63,962 bases of DNA, filler included, from Choristocarpus tenellus KU-1152 (GCA_964200185.2; 12 parts of 12 records of this genome joined end to end with filler, not necessarily neighbours in it); one strand, 5' to 3'; positions 40,055-53,180 are shown, counted from the whole stretch's first letter. The notes: a model not told the origin generated them from the letters alone. Made by a program: numbers and translations.

Positions 40055-40298
40055 AAGCAATACGTCTAGTAATAATTACTCGATCGTGTGGCAAAGCATG
40101 TGGTGTGTTGAAGATGTGCTGCGGAGAAGTGTAGATCAAGACACAACCGAGACATAACTATTTCTAGTTTATTTTGAAATTTCAGTCACACACAGTTTCA
40201 AGAAGCGGTAACGCCATTTATTCTTCCAAAAATGAGTAGGGTTAGGGATGAATGGATTGTGGGTGTTTCAGTTAACCTTCACATCACCAGCAATCGAC
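40055..40298. promoter_or_regulatory. Putative bidirectional promoter with telo-box-like TAGGGTTAGGG (40237-40247)
   Basis: About 245 bp between the divergent modelled ATGs at 40054(-) and 40299(+). Confidence 0.5.
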
Positions 40299-41714
40299 AT
40301 GGTGGATGGAAAACGAAAGGGCACGGCTGTCGTGGTATCAACAAGTGGTGTCCAATTTTATGAGGCCCCAAAAGCGTACTCATCTTCCCAAGCTACGAAA
40401 GTACGAAGTCGTTCTGATTACCACAGTGACTGCCACCACTCTAAGCGGTCATCACCCAATAACTTCATTTTCGGTTCTCATTCGCTGAACAAAACACTCA
40501 GGTCAATACCCCAAGACCAAAGGAGGTGAAGAAGCTGGAAGGGAATGATGATGATCATGGTAGTGGCAAGCGTAAGCGAAGGCGGTCGCCCTCTTGGGAG
40601 CGTGAATATGCTCAGATCTGGAAAACAGTTACTAACCTTGGTGCAGAGCAGTTCACCGGGAAGAAGAAGAAAGCATTCGAAGCGAGCAAGATTATCGAGA
40701 GGGGAGGAAGGGTATGTTTCCTGTGGCCGTTCCTCTAAGCGGTCCTGTAATGGAAGCCTCAAGCGTTGGAATTAGTGACAAGATAGCACTCGTAAGTCTC
40801 AAGGTCGTTGCTGATGGATAGCACTCCGTTGTCCCCTTCCCGTTTGGGTCTATTCCTTTACTTCCACCTTCTCACTAGGCTCCAAAGAGCACAAAGATCC
40901 CGTACCCCATGCTGCAAGGCATACGGAAAAAGACCAAAGAGAGGAAGCAACGGATCAATGAGTTTGAGTCCCAGGCCGACTTGGTAACTGGGACCCCGAA
41001 ACAGAGAATCCACAAGCAGCGCAGCTATCGAGGGGGAAATGGTGGTAGCAGTGGCCGCGTGGCCGACTCGAGGTATAGTACTATGCATATTCTGCAGATG
41101 CTTTGTGTTCTATCAAGGATTAGACCCTATTTTTTGTCCACATGTTTAGAAGGGGCTCAAGATTTACTGTGGCAGCCTCTCGAGATGTTAAAACCCCTGA
41201 TACCATTTTCATTTACCCTAAATAATTACTAAATGGTAAATAGATCCCAAGCTTGAAATTCTGCTAATATCTCTCAGCAAGAACTGTCCCTTCAAAATTT
41301 TGAATTGAGCGAGTTCTGCCAGAGTTACTTCCAGCTCTCTTGCAATTTGTGTAGCACACTTTCATTTCCTTCCCCCTCTCCCCTCTCCCCTTTCATTTCA
41401 ATCCTCTACCAACCACGTCTTTGCCGTCTCCTGCACTAACATTACTTTGAGCTATGAGCTGGTTTTGGCTCCTTCCCTCGTTTCTCCCCCTTCTCCCATT
41501 TAAAATGATGTGCTGGTGACATAAACCATGCAGCTTTGGACCAGCTCCATCTGTGGGAATGATGAAGTCAGGTGTCCTGCACATTAGCAGGAAGGCAGTC
41601 ACTGGGTCATCTGATGGGGGACAGAGAGGAGGGGATACTGGGGCAAGTAAACGGAGGGGGTCATGGGCAGGAAGGGGTGGCAGTGGTGGAAGGAAAAGTG
41701 GAAGTGGGAGATGA
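40299..41714 (+). CDS. C1orf131: C1orf131/DUF4602 (Faf1-like SSU processome assembly factor); exons 40299-40400, 40502-40711, 40879-41072, 41534-41714
   Basis: V..LG...FTGKKKK.FE...I..RGGR.PK..KIPY.MLQG and C-terminal SVGMMKSGVLHIS; canonical in-frame introns. Confidence 0.8.
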
Positions 41715-44700
41715 TACTGAGGTTTTGCATTTCGATATATTTTTTCAGTTCAGGCTCTTGTGCTTCGTACTGGCAGATGACATAGTGAGGTGTGCCTTTC
41801 TGCAAAGTGGATCAGTGTGTTTGACCCTCAAAGTTTTCTGTGTTTTTGGACTGTTTATGTTATTTGTGGTTATAGTGGTATGGAGCGACAGGCTGCAGGG
41901 CGAATCAGACTCTGCCTTCATATACCGTGGTGTAGAAGAACTGATGTGGAGAGTTTGTGGCTTTTCTTCTACAAGTCCTTAATATATTTCTTCGTCGGAG
42001 GTTGTTAACATGTATGTATTGGACAGAAAAGACTATTCTAGCCTTTCGTTTGTGCCCCCAAAAAACAGTATTGTCCCTACTGTGCAGAACAAAGAAGTAG
42101 GTGCAAATTCCTTCAGTGGGACCAAAATTTCCTTGGTGATGTTTTGATCTGAAGTTTGAGGCCTTTGGGTGTCAAACTTGTAGGGTGTCTCAGGTCTGGA
42201 CTCAGACAACCGCAGAGGAAGGAAATATAGGTTGAATAGTGGTGCAAGTCACACAGAACAGGAGGATCTGTGCAGTAGTCCAGAATGGAAGTTGTGTTTT
42301 GTAGCGCGTACGTTGAATTTCAACCTGCTTGTGGAACAGTTCAATGTTCCTAACGAAGTTAATATATTCAGGGTCACCCTTCATTCCTACACAACTTTCA
42401 TGGTGTACGTCATACTTTGTGTGTATACTTCTAGACGCGTGAGGAGCAGGCGTTTTCCCCATGCAGTTGTCTGCAATAGACTGGAAAACCCCCCAAGAAA
42501 CAAGGGGAGTTCTGTACCTTCGGAGGTGCTAAAAAGTATTATATGTTGGATTTCTCCACATGGCAAGTTCCGTATGACATGTGCTTCCATATGCATTTAA
42601 CATGTTTTTCCGAATCCTCAATTTACGAATTTATCATTTGTTGTAACCCATCTGGTGTGACCAATCCTTACTGATAGATTTCCTCTCCTAGAAACAAGTA
42701 CCTGGCATTGAGGAAATCAGCACCATTACACATTACCACACCTTTTGAGTGGCTTTCAGCTGAAATTATATAGATTCCACCGAGAAAAATAATTGATAGC
42801 CCCATGGTCTAATTTCTCTGGCAATGATTATTTGGCCCCAAGAATCACTCAGTGTATACCCTTGCTTTTCAATAAGGAACCTTTGGCTTGTCATGATATG
42901 AAAGTAGATTAGAGGCTGTTCGTGTAAACATCCACAAGAAAACGAACCTCTAGAATCCATGTCCAAATCTGCTTTGATCAACGGGAGCATTGATGGCACC
43001 CCTTCAACAATGCATGGGTGTTGAGTCATTCCCAGTCTTTGGTGAACTCTGCGAGTGGTGCGTAAGACGTTACTTCAACGCATTCTTGTTTTTAGCGGTG
43101 CTATGCATGAGGCACACTGTGCCCTTGGTGTGATTTGCTGTGTCACATTCCTCTTAGATGTCTCACAACTAGTGTCATTAGTGTTGACATTGATTGAACT
43201 ATCAACAATTAGATTACTTTTTACTTAGATTGCGACAACTGCTGCAGTTGCTTCACCTCTTGTGCGGTAGAAGCAACAACTCTACTGCTCGTTAAGGTAC
43301 TAGTACGACTATTGATAGGGCCGCGATTGGTCTAGTCTTATGTTTATGTATGTGCACATATAGTACAGTAATCTCCTTCCTATTCTCTTTTCGTCTGGCA
43401 GGTTGGCCACGCACAAATGTATCTTGGGTATTCCTTCACTTGACTGCTTGTCCCCACTTGTTCTTGAGAGGCAGTCCACAGTCGGATTTGTTATCGCGCT
43501 TCCATTGTTACCTGTGCGTGATTTGATCGTGGGCATAGTCATGTACCTGCTGGTGCTGAAGCAAATATGTCAACCGCGAAAATATTTGGCCAACAGATGC
43601 CTACTGGTCCTTTTAATGCTTTTCAGTTTTGCGGGTGACCATGTGATCATATCATTATTTTTCCCCCTTTTGGACCACTAATGAGCTGACTTGAGTGTAC
43701 GTTACAACCCAAGGGGGTATGATAGCAGTGGCATCCACGACTGCATCCCCAGACAAGCAGTAGTTGTGCATGGCAGTTCAATGTATTGCCAGCAATAGAG
43801 ATGAAGCAGTCAATTGATGTTCACACGTACACATATCAGTTGTGCTTAAACTTGCTCAGTCAGCTCTCCAGTCATTAGACCTCGCAGCAGAGGGTTGGCG
43901 ATATTACTTTCAGGAAAGTGATGTTTGTGATGTTGGTGGTGACTACAAGACTATGCTGGATATAGTCTTACTTTGAGTAATAACGAAGGAAATCAGTGGT
44001 GGGTGTGTTGTAGCTATGCAGCATACATGCCTCAAGTCGATGAGATTGTGGTGAAACAACTTCTTCTGGGCTCATAAGCATACCAACTAAGAAGCAATAT
44101 ACAGAGAACTATGTTGTGTAGCTCAGTGGGTACACGATTCCCTCAAGTGGTAAAAAAAGCTAAGGAGGAGACTGTTTTTGTACTTCTGAGCACCTTTACT
44201 TTGGTGTTGGTACAGCAAATAGTGTTGCCAGTTTGGATGCAAAGCTATTCAATAATTTAAGACCAAGACTACAATGCTCGTGTCAAAGTACTGGGGGGGG
44301 AATTTGATTCATATGTGTTGCACAGGTCACCTATGAGGGCTGCACTGGCGAGTATGTTTGCCGACAGACTGAATGCCAATGATGTTCTGGCATATCGCAG
44401 TACAAGCAAGTGAGAGCATGGATGTATTGCGAGCACAGTAGTCACCTTCACCGCTAGTTGCTAAAGACTGCAGAGGAAATCATGTAAGTGGTGGTTCAGC
44501 ACATTTGTGGTGGTTGAAGCAAAAGTTTGACTGATTGGCATTGCATCAAGCTTGCCATGGTTACATCTTGTTGGTATATAGCAGTACTAGCATGTGTGCC
44601 ATAGCATAGAGATGTTCCTGTCTTTGGTTTGTTTCCTCATTCAATTCCCAATGATTTTACCTGATTATTGGCCTTCTAGACCACTAGGAAACTACAAAAA

Positions 44701-45684
44701 GGTAAGTACTTCATGGAAGAGAGTTGTTCAAGGACATGTGTGGTTTTATAAGCCAAGAAATTCATGTATAGTTGGCATTATTATGTCAAACTCTCCATGA
44801 CCATACCTCGTTGGTAGTGGTCCTAGTATAGACCATAGTACATAAAGTGAGGTGATAGTTGTAACTCAAAATAAGTAATACGTATGTATGTGTGTGTTCG
44901 TGTGTCTTTTTTTGCTCAAAGCAATTTGATTAAGTCAATTGAATCTAAGCATTTTCACTTTATGTGGGTCAACACAAAGAGCTGAACATTGCAAGTGGCC
45001 GTGAGGAGAGGTTGTGCAAGAAGTTAAAGAGAATTGGACCTTGTGCACATACACGAGAAATCAATGGACTAATTTAGAGAAATGTATAATTTTGGTGTCG
45101 GTTAGTCCTTGATTTTAAAATGATATGAGCAAAATTGAATTGTTCCTATCAGCAACACTAGTGGCAGCTAGATATATACCCCCCCTGTCCCATAAGTCTG
45201 GGCCGTGAAGTGTAGATCTTCAAACTGACCTCCAAGTACAAAACAAACCTTTGCGTTGGATTCCTTGGAATACTTAACACTAAAAACATTATTTCTTGCC
45301 CTTATTCTACGCCGTCAACCAACCAATCCAGGGCCACTGCAGAGACCACTCAATCTACTTCAACTGATCTAGTTAGCCCTCCCTCCTGCTGCCTTTTTTC
45401 GTCTCGGTGAGCTCTACCTCGAAATCATTCCCCCCGCCCTTAATACCTGATTGTCCTCTTAGACAAACTCTGCCACAACCTCTTGAGCGTGTCTGTGCCG
45501 TACGCATGGAACATGGTCGAAACCCCCTGTAACAGCCTCTCACCAAAATTGAGGATGGAGCATACTATGGAGGACAGGTTTGACNNNNNNNNNNNNNNNN
45601 NNNNNNNNNNNNNNNNNNNNNNNNNNNNTTAATTAATTAANNNNNNNNNNNNNNNNNNNNNNNNNNNNNNNNNNNNNNNNNNNN

Positions 45685-45826
45685 CCAAGCCCATCAAACG
45701 TATACATTTTACCTACTCTAAAACATACCAATGAGACGGAAAATGTCCTAAAAAAATCCATCATGTGCGAAGCCCCACAAATGGATAAACAGTGAAAAAT
45801 TCGTTCCCTCTAAGATACTTTCACTC
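45685..45826 (-). mobile_element. MITE family A, partial at contig edge
   Basis: Ends CCCTCTAAGATACTTTCACTC. Confidence 0.8.
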
Positions 45827-48800
45827 ATTCCATACCACATTCACCTCGATCTGGTAGCCGTAGCCCGTTGCCACCGCCTTTGCTACGAGTATGGTCGCCT
45901 CATCGCGTCCCATCGCCATTCCCTGAGGATGGACAGCCTCAGCGAAACATCGCTGCGTCTCCATTGGGACGATGGAGTGCCCTAAGCTCTCGGCAGGCAG
46001 GAAGGGCCTATCACGCGTTCTTGAGCGAGAGACGTGGCTACCTGTAGCATCACGTGCGTATATGTGACAGTCCAACAATGTGGCAGTGAAGTGGGTTAGC
46101 CATGAGAAAAGGTTTTGTCATATATGTATGGGTTAGGGTTAGTTGGTTAAGGATGTTGCGATGTACTGTAGCATGTTTTTATATTTTTGTTTGTGTGGGA
46201 ATGGGGACATTACAACGTACCGACGATCACAGCAAAGACTTGGGGACTCGCGATTTCCAGCGGTGGTGTGGGTAACTGCACGAACAAAGTTGGCTACGTG
46301 TAAACATCTACAAGGAAACATCATCATTACAATTGCAAGCTCGAGACCTATCCGTAGGGTTAGTAGTACAAACAACAAGTTGGAAAGCAATGGAAAAAAA
46401 AGCCAGCACACCCTTCTTACCTTCCACTTGCCCTCCCCGTAGGCTTGGCCAAAGGACCTGTCCATCCTCTACTTCACCTTGTCCTTTGACGCCGCGTTGG
46501 ACACGAACACCTCCACCCTCCTGCTCCGTTCTAGAGCCACCTCCACCACATTGTGCCTCTCTGCGCTGTAGGAGACATCGGTGTCCCCAGTGTTCGTGTA
46601 CCTAGCGTGGGAGGACAGTTTGTAAATTAGCCCTAACGTGGTACATTGTATTGCGCACAGATTCATCATTTCGCAGTGTATGTGGTACGTTCCGATACAG
46701 GGCAACACGCTCTTTGTGTGTTTCGACGCTTAACGTACCGATTCGTAAACTCGTGGTGTGGATTGACGCCCCTGAACCGTCACCCAGCTCGTTCTGTTAC
46801 TGTTTAACGATGTCCTACATATTCTACAAAAAAAATAAATCGCTGCTTCTGTGAAGAAGGATGTGTGTGACGTTATTAACGAACCTGTTAACAAGGAAGT
46901 TGAGGGCCCTCATGGGGATGTCCGAGGCAGCACCTTCGTATTCGACGTCCATCATGGATTGGAGTACAACAGGAGATGTATCACGCCCGTGTCCGAAGAT
47001 GTCGTCGATAGTGACTCGTTTATTGCATGCGAACATTGTTCTATCGTTGTGCGTGAGACAAATAATGTCCTGGTGGCTTTTGAGATGGTTATCTGTGCCT
47101 AATTGAGGGCGATCCCCCCCTCCTCGTCTTGGATATTAGCATTAGGGGATGATCCTCCAAAAAGAAGCCCACCTTTGACGCAGTAAGAGCCTCTGAATGA
47201 AGAGAATGCGGGAGGGAGCGCGTGAGTGCGACATGCGTCGAACTTGACAGTGACATCACACAAGTAGTCATGGTAGGGATTCATGAAATCTCGTACCACT
47301 AACATTATAATAGTACAATGAGTATGGAACGCAAGGGCAATAACCAATGCAGAAATTGCAAACAATAGGAGATTGAGTAATAAAAGGAGTAAATATGGCA
47401 AAAAAAAGTGGTGAACACGAGTAACACCAGCATGTGAGAGAATGGAAAATGAAACAAATAACATTGGTACTTGCTGGGGGGGGGGAGAGAAAGCGACACA
47501 AAAGGAAGTGGAAGGTATAAAGGACATGAAACAACATGGGAAAAGTGAAGAATATAGGAATACACAGGGATTCATGGAATCTCGTGCCACTAACATTATA
47601 ATAGTACAATGAGTGTGGAACGCAAGGCAAATAACCAATGCAAAAATTGTAAACAATAGGAGATTGAGCAATAATAGGAGAAAATATGGCAAAAACATGT
47701 GGTGAACACGAGTAACACCAGCATGCGAGAGAATGGACAATGAAACAAAGAAGTACGTACTTGCCGGGGGGAGAGAGCAAGCGACACAAAAGGAAGTGGA
47801 AGGTATGAAGGACATGAAACAACATGGGGAAAGTGAAGAATATAGGAATACACACGACCTAATCCTCATCTACTGAACGATCGCACAATATTCGATCGGC
47901 ACACGGACGGAATGATAACAGTCATAGTTGATTTCAATAGTCTCCCGCAATACACCCCATATTTCAGCGCTAGCGAACTCTGCAACTCACCGTTTAGGCA
48001 GTGCAAATGCACCTTCCACGGGTGGGGCACCAAGAGCGCGATGGTGCACTGAGGATGCATCTTAGGCCGCAAGCATTGAAGCATATCGCGCAGGTGTGTG
48101 TTGGTTGCCTCTTCGTCAATGAGGAGTCTTGGCTCGGCGGCAAGAGACACTATGGCGAGCTTTGGCGCGTTGCGGAAGGCGAAATCACCAAGTTTGTCTA
48201 AGGATATCGTGGGGCCGAGAGGGTGAAGGTCGTGTAGTGCAGTGTTCTCACTCCTGTTAGGACATCATGACATACGACACAGTAGACGGACAGCACAACA
48301 AGAAGGACAACGCAATGGATAAAAATGAGAGCAAAGAAAAGGACCACAATGGACTTACTGTCAATGAACATAGCAAGGCAAACTTGACAACAACTTCATA
48401 TATCAGAATAGTCATCAGGCGGTTATGGAACAACGAAAACACTCCGTCACCCACCGTTGGCATCTAGCCTCTCTTCTGTTTGGTTGAACTCTATGTAGAT
48501 CTGCATGGTGAAAGCGCGCTCGGGATCAAACAATCTCTTCAGCACCGTTATCCTATGGTTTCTGTCCAATACTCGCCCTTCGATAGCAAGCGCTGTTTCG
48601 TCGTTCAGTTGGTCCATATTACCTAAGCCTTCTCGCTGGACGACAACACTCGGGGCAAACTGGTCCAGCCAACCTTTATCATTTATTGATTTCGTCACGC
48701 GCTCGAGGCCCCGCCCACTCAGGGGACGCACCATATCCGTGCATGTTATATGTCCCAGCTTCATTTTAAATGGCCCCAGATAATGATCATCAAATGGCCG

Positions 48801-48893
48801 GGACATGCTAGCTTGGCGTAGGTCCTGGCTTCTGGGTTCCCAACTTTTCCCATCGGCGGGCGGGTGGGTTGTTGTTCTTGAAATGTTCGGCAT
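45827..48893 (-). pseudogene. Spliced ParB/Srx-domain plus degenerate N4/N6 DNA-methyltransferase-like gene; exons 48893-48451, 48253-47991, 47192-46885, 46601-46432, possibly 46041-45827
   Basis: Exon 1 reads VRPLS...V..SI..KGW....P.V...VLDRNHRI (ParB DGNHR-like). Later exons read IPMRALNFLVNRYTNTGDT...VALERSRR, like the beta-class MTase C-terminus. Splice phases are consistent. One frameshift in a G7 run (~47114-47120) and a TAG at 46469-46471. Confidence 0.6.
47274..47855. repeat. 291-bp tandem duplication inside intron 2 of the ParB-MTase-like locus
   Basis: GGGATTCATG(A/G)AATCTCGT...GAATATAGGAATACACA occurs twice. Confidence 0.92.
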
Positions 48894-49209
48894 GACAAAG
48901 ATTTCGATCCTAAAAACTCAGATTGCACATTTTTTATGAGATTCGCGTTACAAGAATACGAATATCAAACAGCATCGGATTTCATATTGAACTGAGACAG
49001 AGGGTGTCTGTTTTTTCGTGACCCTTTCGTCCTACTATCACGTTTTGAATGTATGAGATCAATAAGGATGTGGAATGTATCTATGTTTGTTGGTGTAAAG
49101 ATGAGAATACCATTCTACTTTTGGAAAAACCGTACTGCACATGTTCTGAGTGTTCAACGGTATTCATTCTTACTGGAAAAAGGAATACGTTAGAACCGCT
49201 TCTTTATGC

Positions 49210-49405
49210 TATCTATGGTTTAAATAAACCTTAAACACACCAAAAGTGGATTTGAGGTTTATTTAAATAATTGGTGCCATTTGGAATGACCTCTTAGGTT
49301 TCTGAAATTGAAACGTTTGAGACCCCTAAAGTCCGTCCTTAGGGTTAAAATAAACCCTAATCACGGTCTTCATTGGTTTACGGTTTATTTAAACCCTAAC
49401 GCACT
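49210..49405. mobile_element. Small foldback/MITE-like element
   Basis: GGTTTAAATAAACCTTAAAC and GTTTACGGTTTATTTAAACC form an inverted pair, with inner GGTTTATTT/AAATAAACC repeats. Confidence 0.5.
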
Positions 49406-49536
49406 TGTAAAGTGACTTGTATCGAATGCATTCTTAGTGGTGCGAACGTTTACATAAAGTGACTATTATTATCGACTTGCACGTTTATGACAAGCGCTGT
49501 GTGACTCAGAGCAAGTTAGAGGTTAGGGTCGAGTCT

Positions 49537-50298
49537 GAGTAAAGTATCTTAGAGGGTACGAGTTTTGCTCTGTTTCTCAATTTGAGGCTTGACTTCCGGT
49601 GGGTTTCATTTTGACACTTTCCTACTCCAAAACGTTTTGGAGTATTGGGTAAAATGTAAATGTTACGGAAAACTGTGTCCAGAACATGGACATTGATACT
49701 TCATAACAACCAAAATGACCAAAACTATGTCCTAAACTATATGTTGGATTTTGGCTCCCAAATGGACGCGACTCTACCCTATAAGATACTTTGGCTCTCT
49801 CTTTGTTGTGTGTTTGGGGCAAATTCCAATTCTGCGATTTTGATTAATTTTGGCCTGTTGTGTATGTTAGGGAGTGTCAATATCCTTTTTCCATACACAC
49901 CTACTCTAATTTATTCAGGAGTAGGAAAACGTCTTTAAAAAATACATGTGATGCCAAGACCCAATTGGACAAACAAGGCTAAAAACGTACCCTCCAAGAT
50001 ACTATCACTTATCATGTCCGATTTGGTAAGTTTCTGAGCTGAGTGAAAGTAACTTAGAGGGTACAAGTTTTGCTCTATCTGTCCATTTGGGGCTTGACTT
50101 CCCTCGGGGTTTTTATGATATTTTCCTACTCGAATATATTTCAGAGTAGGTAAAATGTATATGTTATGAAAAGGTGTGTTGGGAATAAGGACATTGATAC
50201 TACCTAACAAACACGATAGCCAAAATTACATCGAAATCGCAATATTGGATTATGACCCCCGAATGGACGCGGCTCTACCCTCTAAGATACTTTGGCTC
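49537..50298. mobile_element. Cluster of three MITE family A copies (49537-49797 +, ~49810-50010 -, 50041-50298 + with TSD AGCT)
   Basis: TIRs and internal similarity; AGCT at 50037-50040 and 50299-50302. Confidence 0.85.
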
Positions 50299-50367
50299 AG
50301 CTTCAAATACGTAGAGGGGGTTGTTTTTTGTCTAAACCTGGTTACTTAAAGTGGAAACGTACAAGAT

Positions 50368-50972
50368 TAATTAAGTATGTGATTGATATCTTCAAAAATA
50401 CAAATCACTCCTGATATAATTGTATTTTTTGTAGAAATATAATTAACGGAAATTATCTGATTTACAACTTCTGAAAATGTGACGCACGGATTTTCAAGAT
50501 CGGTGGGATCGAAAGGGTGGTTCCACTGATAGCCCGAGGATGAAACAAAGTTGACTTCGGAACATTGGAAATGTACAATAACAATGAAGTATGTGTTTGG
50601 TGTCTTAAAAAATACAAACACTGATACATCTGGAATTTACAAGAATAGAAATCACTGATATAATCTGATTTACATCTTCTGAAAAATGTAACGCACGGAT
50701 TTTCAGGATCGGTGGTATGGAAAAGGTGGTCCCATCTATCACCCAAGGACGAAACAAAGCTGATTTCGGAACATTGAAAATATACAATAACAATTAATTA
50801 TGTGATTGGTATCTTAAAGACTATAAATCACTGATATAATTGGATTTAAAAAAAATAGAAATCACGGATATAATCTGATTTACAACTTCTGGAAAATGTG
50901 ATGCACGGATTTTCAGGATCGGTGGGATCGAAAGGGTGGTCTCACCGATCATGAAAAGGATAAAACAAAGTT
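50368..50972. repeat. Tandem repeat, ~210-bp unit x ~2.9
   Basis: GCACGGATTTTCA(A/G)GATCGGTGG recurs at ~50484, ~50693 and ~50903. Confidence 0.9.
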
Positions 50973-51200
50973 CATATGCTCGTCTTCAAATCTAATAACT
51001 CCTATACCTTCTCACTACCTCCCAAGACCGCCTGTTGCTGGAAAAGACCATGCCAGTTGCTTCCACAGCAAGTGGATGGCTTGTGTCGCCTACGTCTCCC
51101 NNNNNNNNNNNNNNNNNNNNNNNNNNNNNNNNNNNNNNNNNNNNTTAATTAATTAANNNNNNNNNNNNNNNNNNNNNNNNNNNNNNNNNNNNNNNNNNNN

Positions 51201-51839
51201 ATGCGTGTTGACCCCCCCACCAACACAACCTCATCCACCTCCCCCTTGGATAGTGCCGCGTCCTTCAGCACCTTCGCTACCGGCTACATAGCACACAAAA
51301 AAAAATGTATGTATGTATGTATTATGTATGTATGTGTATGTAAGGGTTGAATTTGCCGGCACAAAAAAAAAATGGTTAATATATATTTTTTAGACAATCA
51401 AGCAACAGCACTACAGTACTCTGGAAACAAATCAATCGAACCCTAATAGTACGATCATTTAAAAAAATAAAAAATACACAAGTCTGATCACTACAATTAC
51501 TAATGGTACAAAAAGGATCTAACTTCACAGAAATCTATTAACATATGTACACACAGCGGGAGGGTATATAGAGCTGTACTACCGCTTCCAGTGAGTTTTC
51601 AGTGTGGTTTCGGGAAATTTGACTTTCCTAAAAAAACAATATATCACAGCGGGGCTTGAACCCAGGCATTCCCTTTCACTAAGAACAGTGCACTACCACT
51701 CACCTACCAAAACACAAAGGTTAAATCGCACCTCAAGGGTCTTCCTGAAGAGGTCATTGTTGAGCTCCTCAAACTTGGCTCGGGAGAGTGGAAGGGAAAA
51801 GTCAATCCCCTGGTGCAATGCTTCCACATCAATTGTAGC
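51201..51839 (-). CDS. HSP70: HSP70-family chaperone, internal exons 51839-51732 and 51283-51201
   Basis: [36 protein letters not shown]|[28 protein letters not shown]. Confidence 0.95.
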
Positions 51840-53180
51840 CTGATTGCATAAGAAAGATATTCAATTTGGTTCAGTTACCGTTCACACAAATAGAGTAAAT
51901 TTAACCATGAGGTCAAGCATGCTATATATATATATGAGGTGACATGGTGGATACCATTCACACATCAGACCAATCCAATGCCTGTTCCATGTCATAAATC
52001 TGAATTATGAATGTTGGGGCACACCATCACAAACAACAGATCTAGTTAGGTTAGGAGTTTACTCCTCCATCTGTGAATCCCAACCACTTTGTACCATTTT
52101 CTATTTCCGAAGGTGGAGTGGAACAGATACCTTGTGACTTCCTGTCAAATGTCAAATGACATATTAACAGACAGCCACACTTGTAAAAGTTGTCCTCACA
52201 AGAGACAAATCAACTCCACACCTTGCACCAGGGAACCACTTACGCATGATCGGTGACAGGGTACAGGAGTGACTTGACAGGGTATGCACAAAAATATTTC
52301 TACATGTTTCACAGCGGGTGATTTGCATTTTATAAAAAAGACTTCAAAAAAGGAACACTTTTTTGGAGGGAGTGGTTCATAATACGAAAAACCATCTTGG
52401 TACATGAGCAAATAAAATTTACTGACTTCAGAAGAGCAAAGTGGAATGCCCACAGGTAGCAAACCCGGGGGTTTGGCATACTACAGTCACTTCAACAAAC
52501 AGCACTCTAGTAGAGCTTCCACAATGTTCTTGTTTGGATGGGCTTAGGGTTAGGGTTAGGGTGATGCTACTTTAAGACGACTCTGACTACTACTATCATA
52601 GATACAGTAGCAGTAACCTAAAGCATTGTACATTATTATTATTATTATTATTGACTACAAATCACAAATTTAACAAGGTAAGATGGTAGTACTCGATATA
52701 CTCCACAATATCCCTGGGTAGTCAACGACTTGTAGACCTTCACCACTCTTTCAACCCTCACACACAAACATTCACAGAGACTATTTGCCCACTAACCTGT
52801 GAAGCACAAATGAGTTCAATCATGACTTGACACTGTTTGCTCCACCTTGAAGTGTTGAAATCATTTCAAAACCTCATGCAACCGTGCACTATCCAGACCG
52901 TGTTTAAATCATCAGTACCCCCCCCAACCACCTGCCCAACCCAATGAACAATCCTGGAAATTTCTTAGTGGACCTCCCTCCCCTCCCTTTGCTGTTTCGT
53001 ACAGTGCATTTTTTTTAAATCATATTAAATTCGAGACAATTTCAGCAACACGACTATCTTCAAAACATGACGTCTTACGACAATAACATCCCTTACCCTT
53101 ATTCTAATCCTAAAATACACTCTCTTTACAGTTAGTTAACACACCATTGCCTCCCACATACTAATAAAGCTTGCCCTGTT

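Noticed and set aside
47099-47869. 256-aa and 195-aa hydrophobic ORFs
   Set aside because: They arise from a T-rich 291-bp tandem duplication lying in the modelled intron and have no protein motif.
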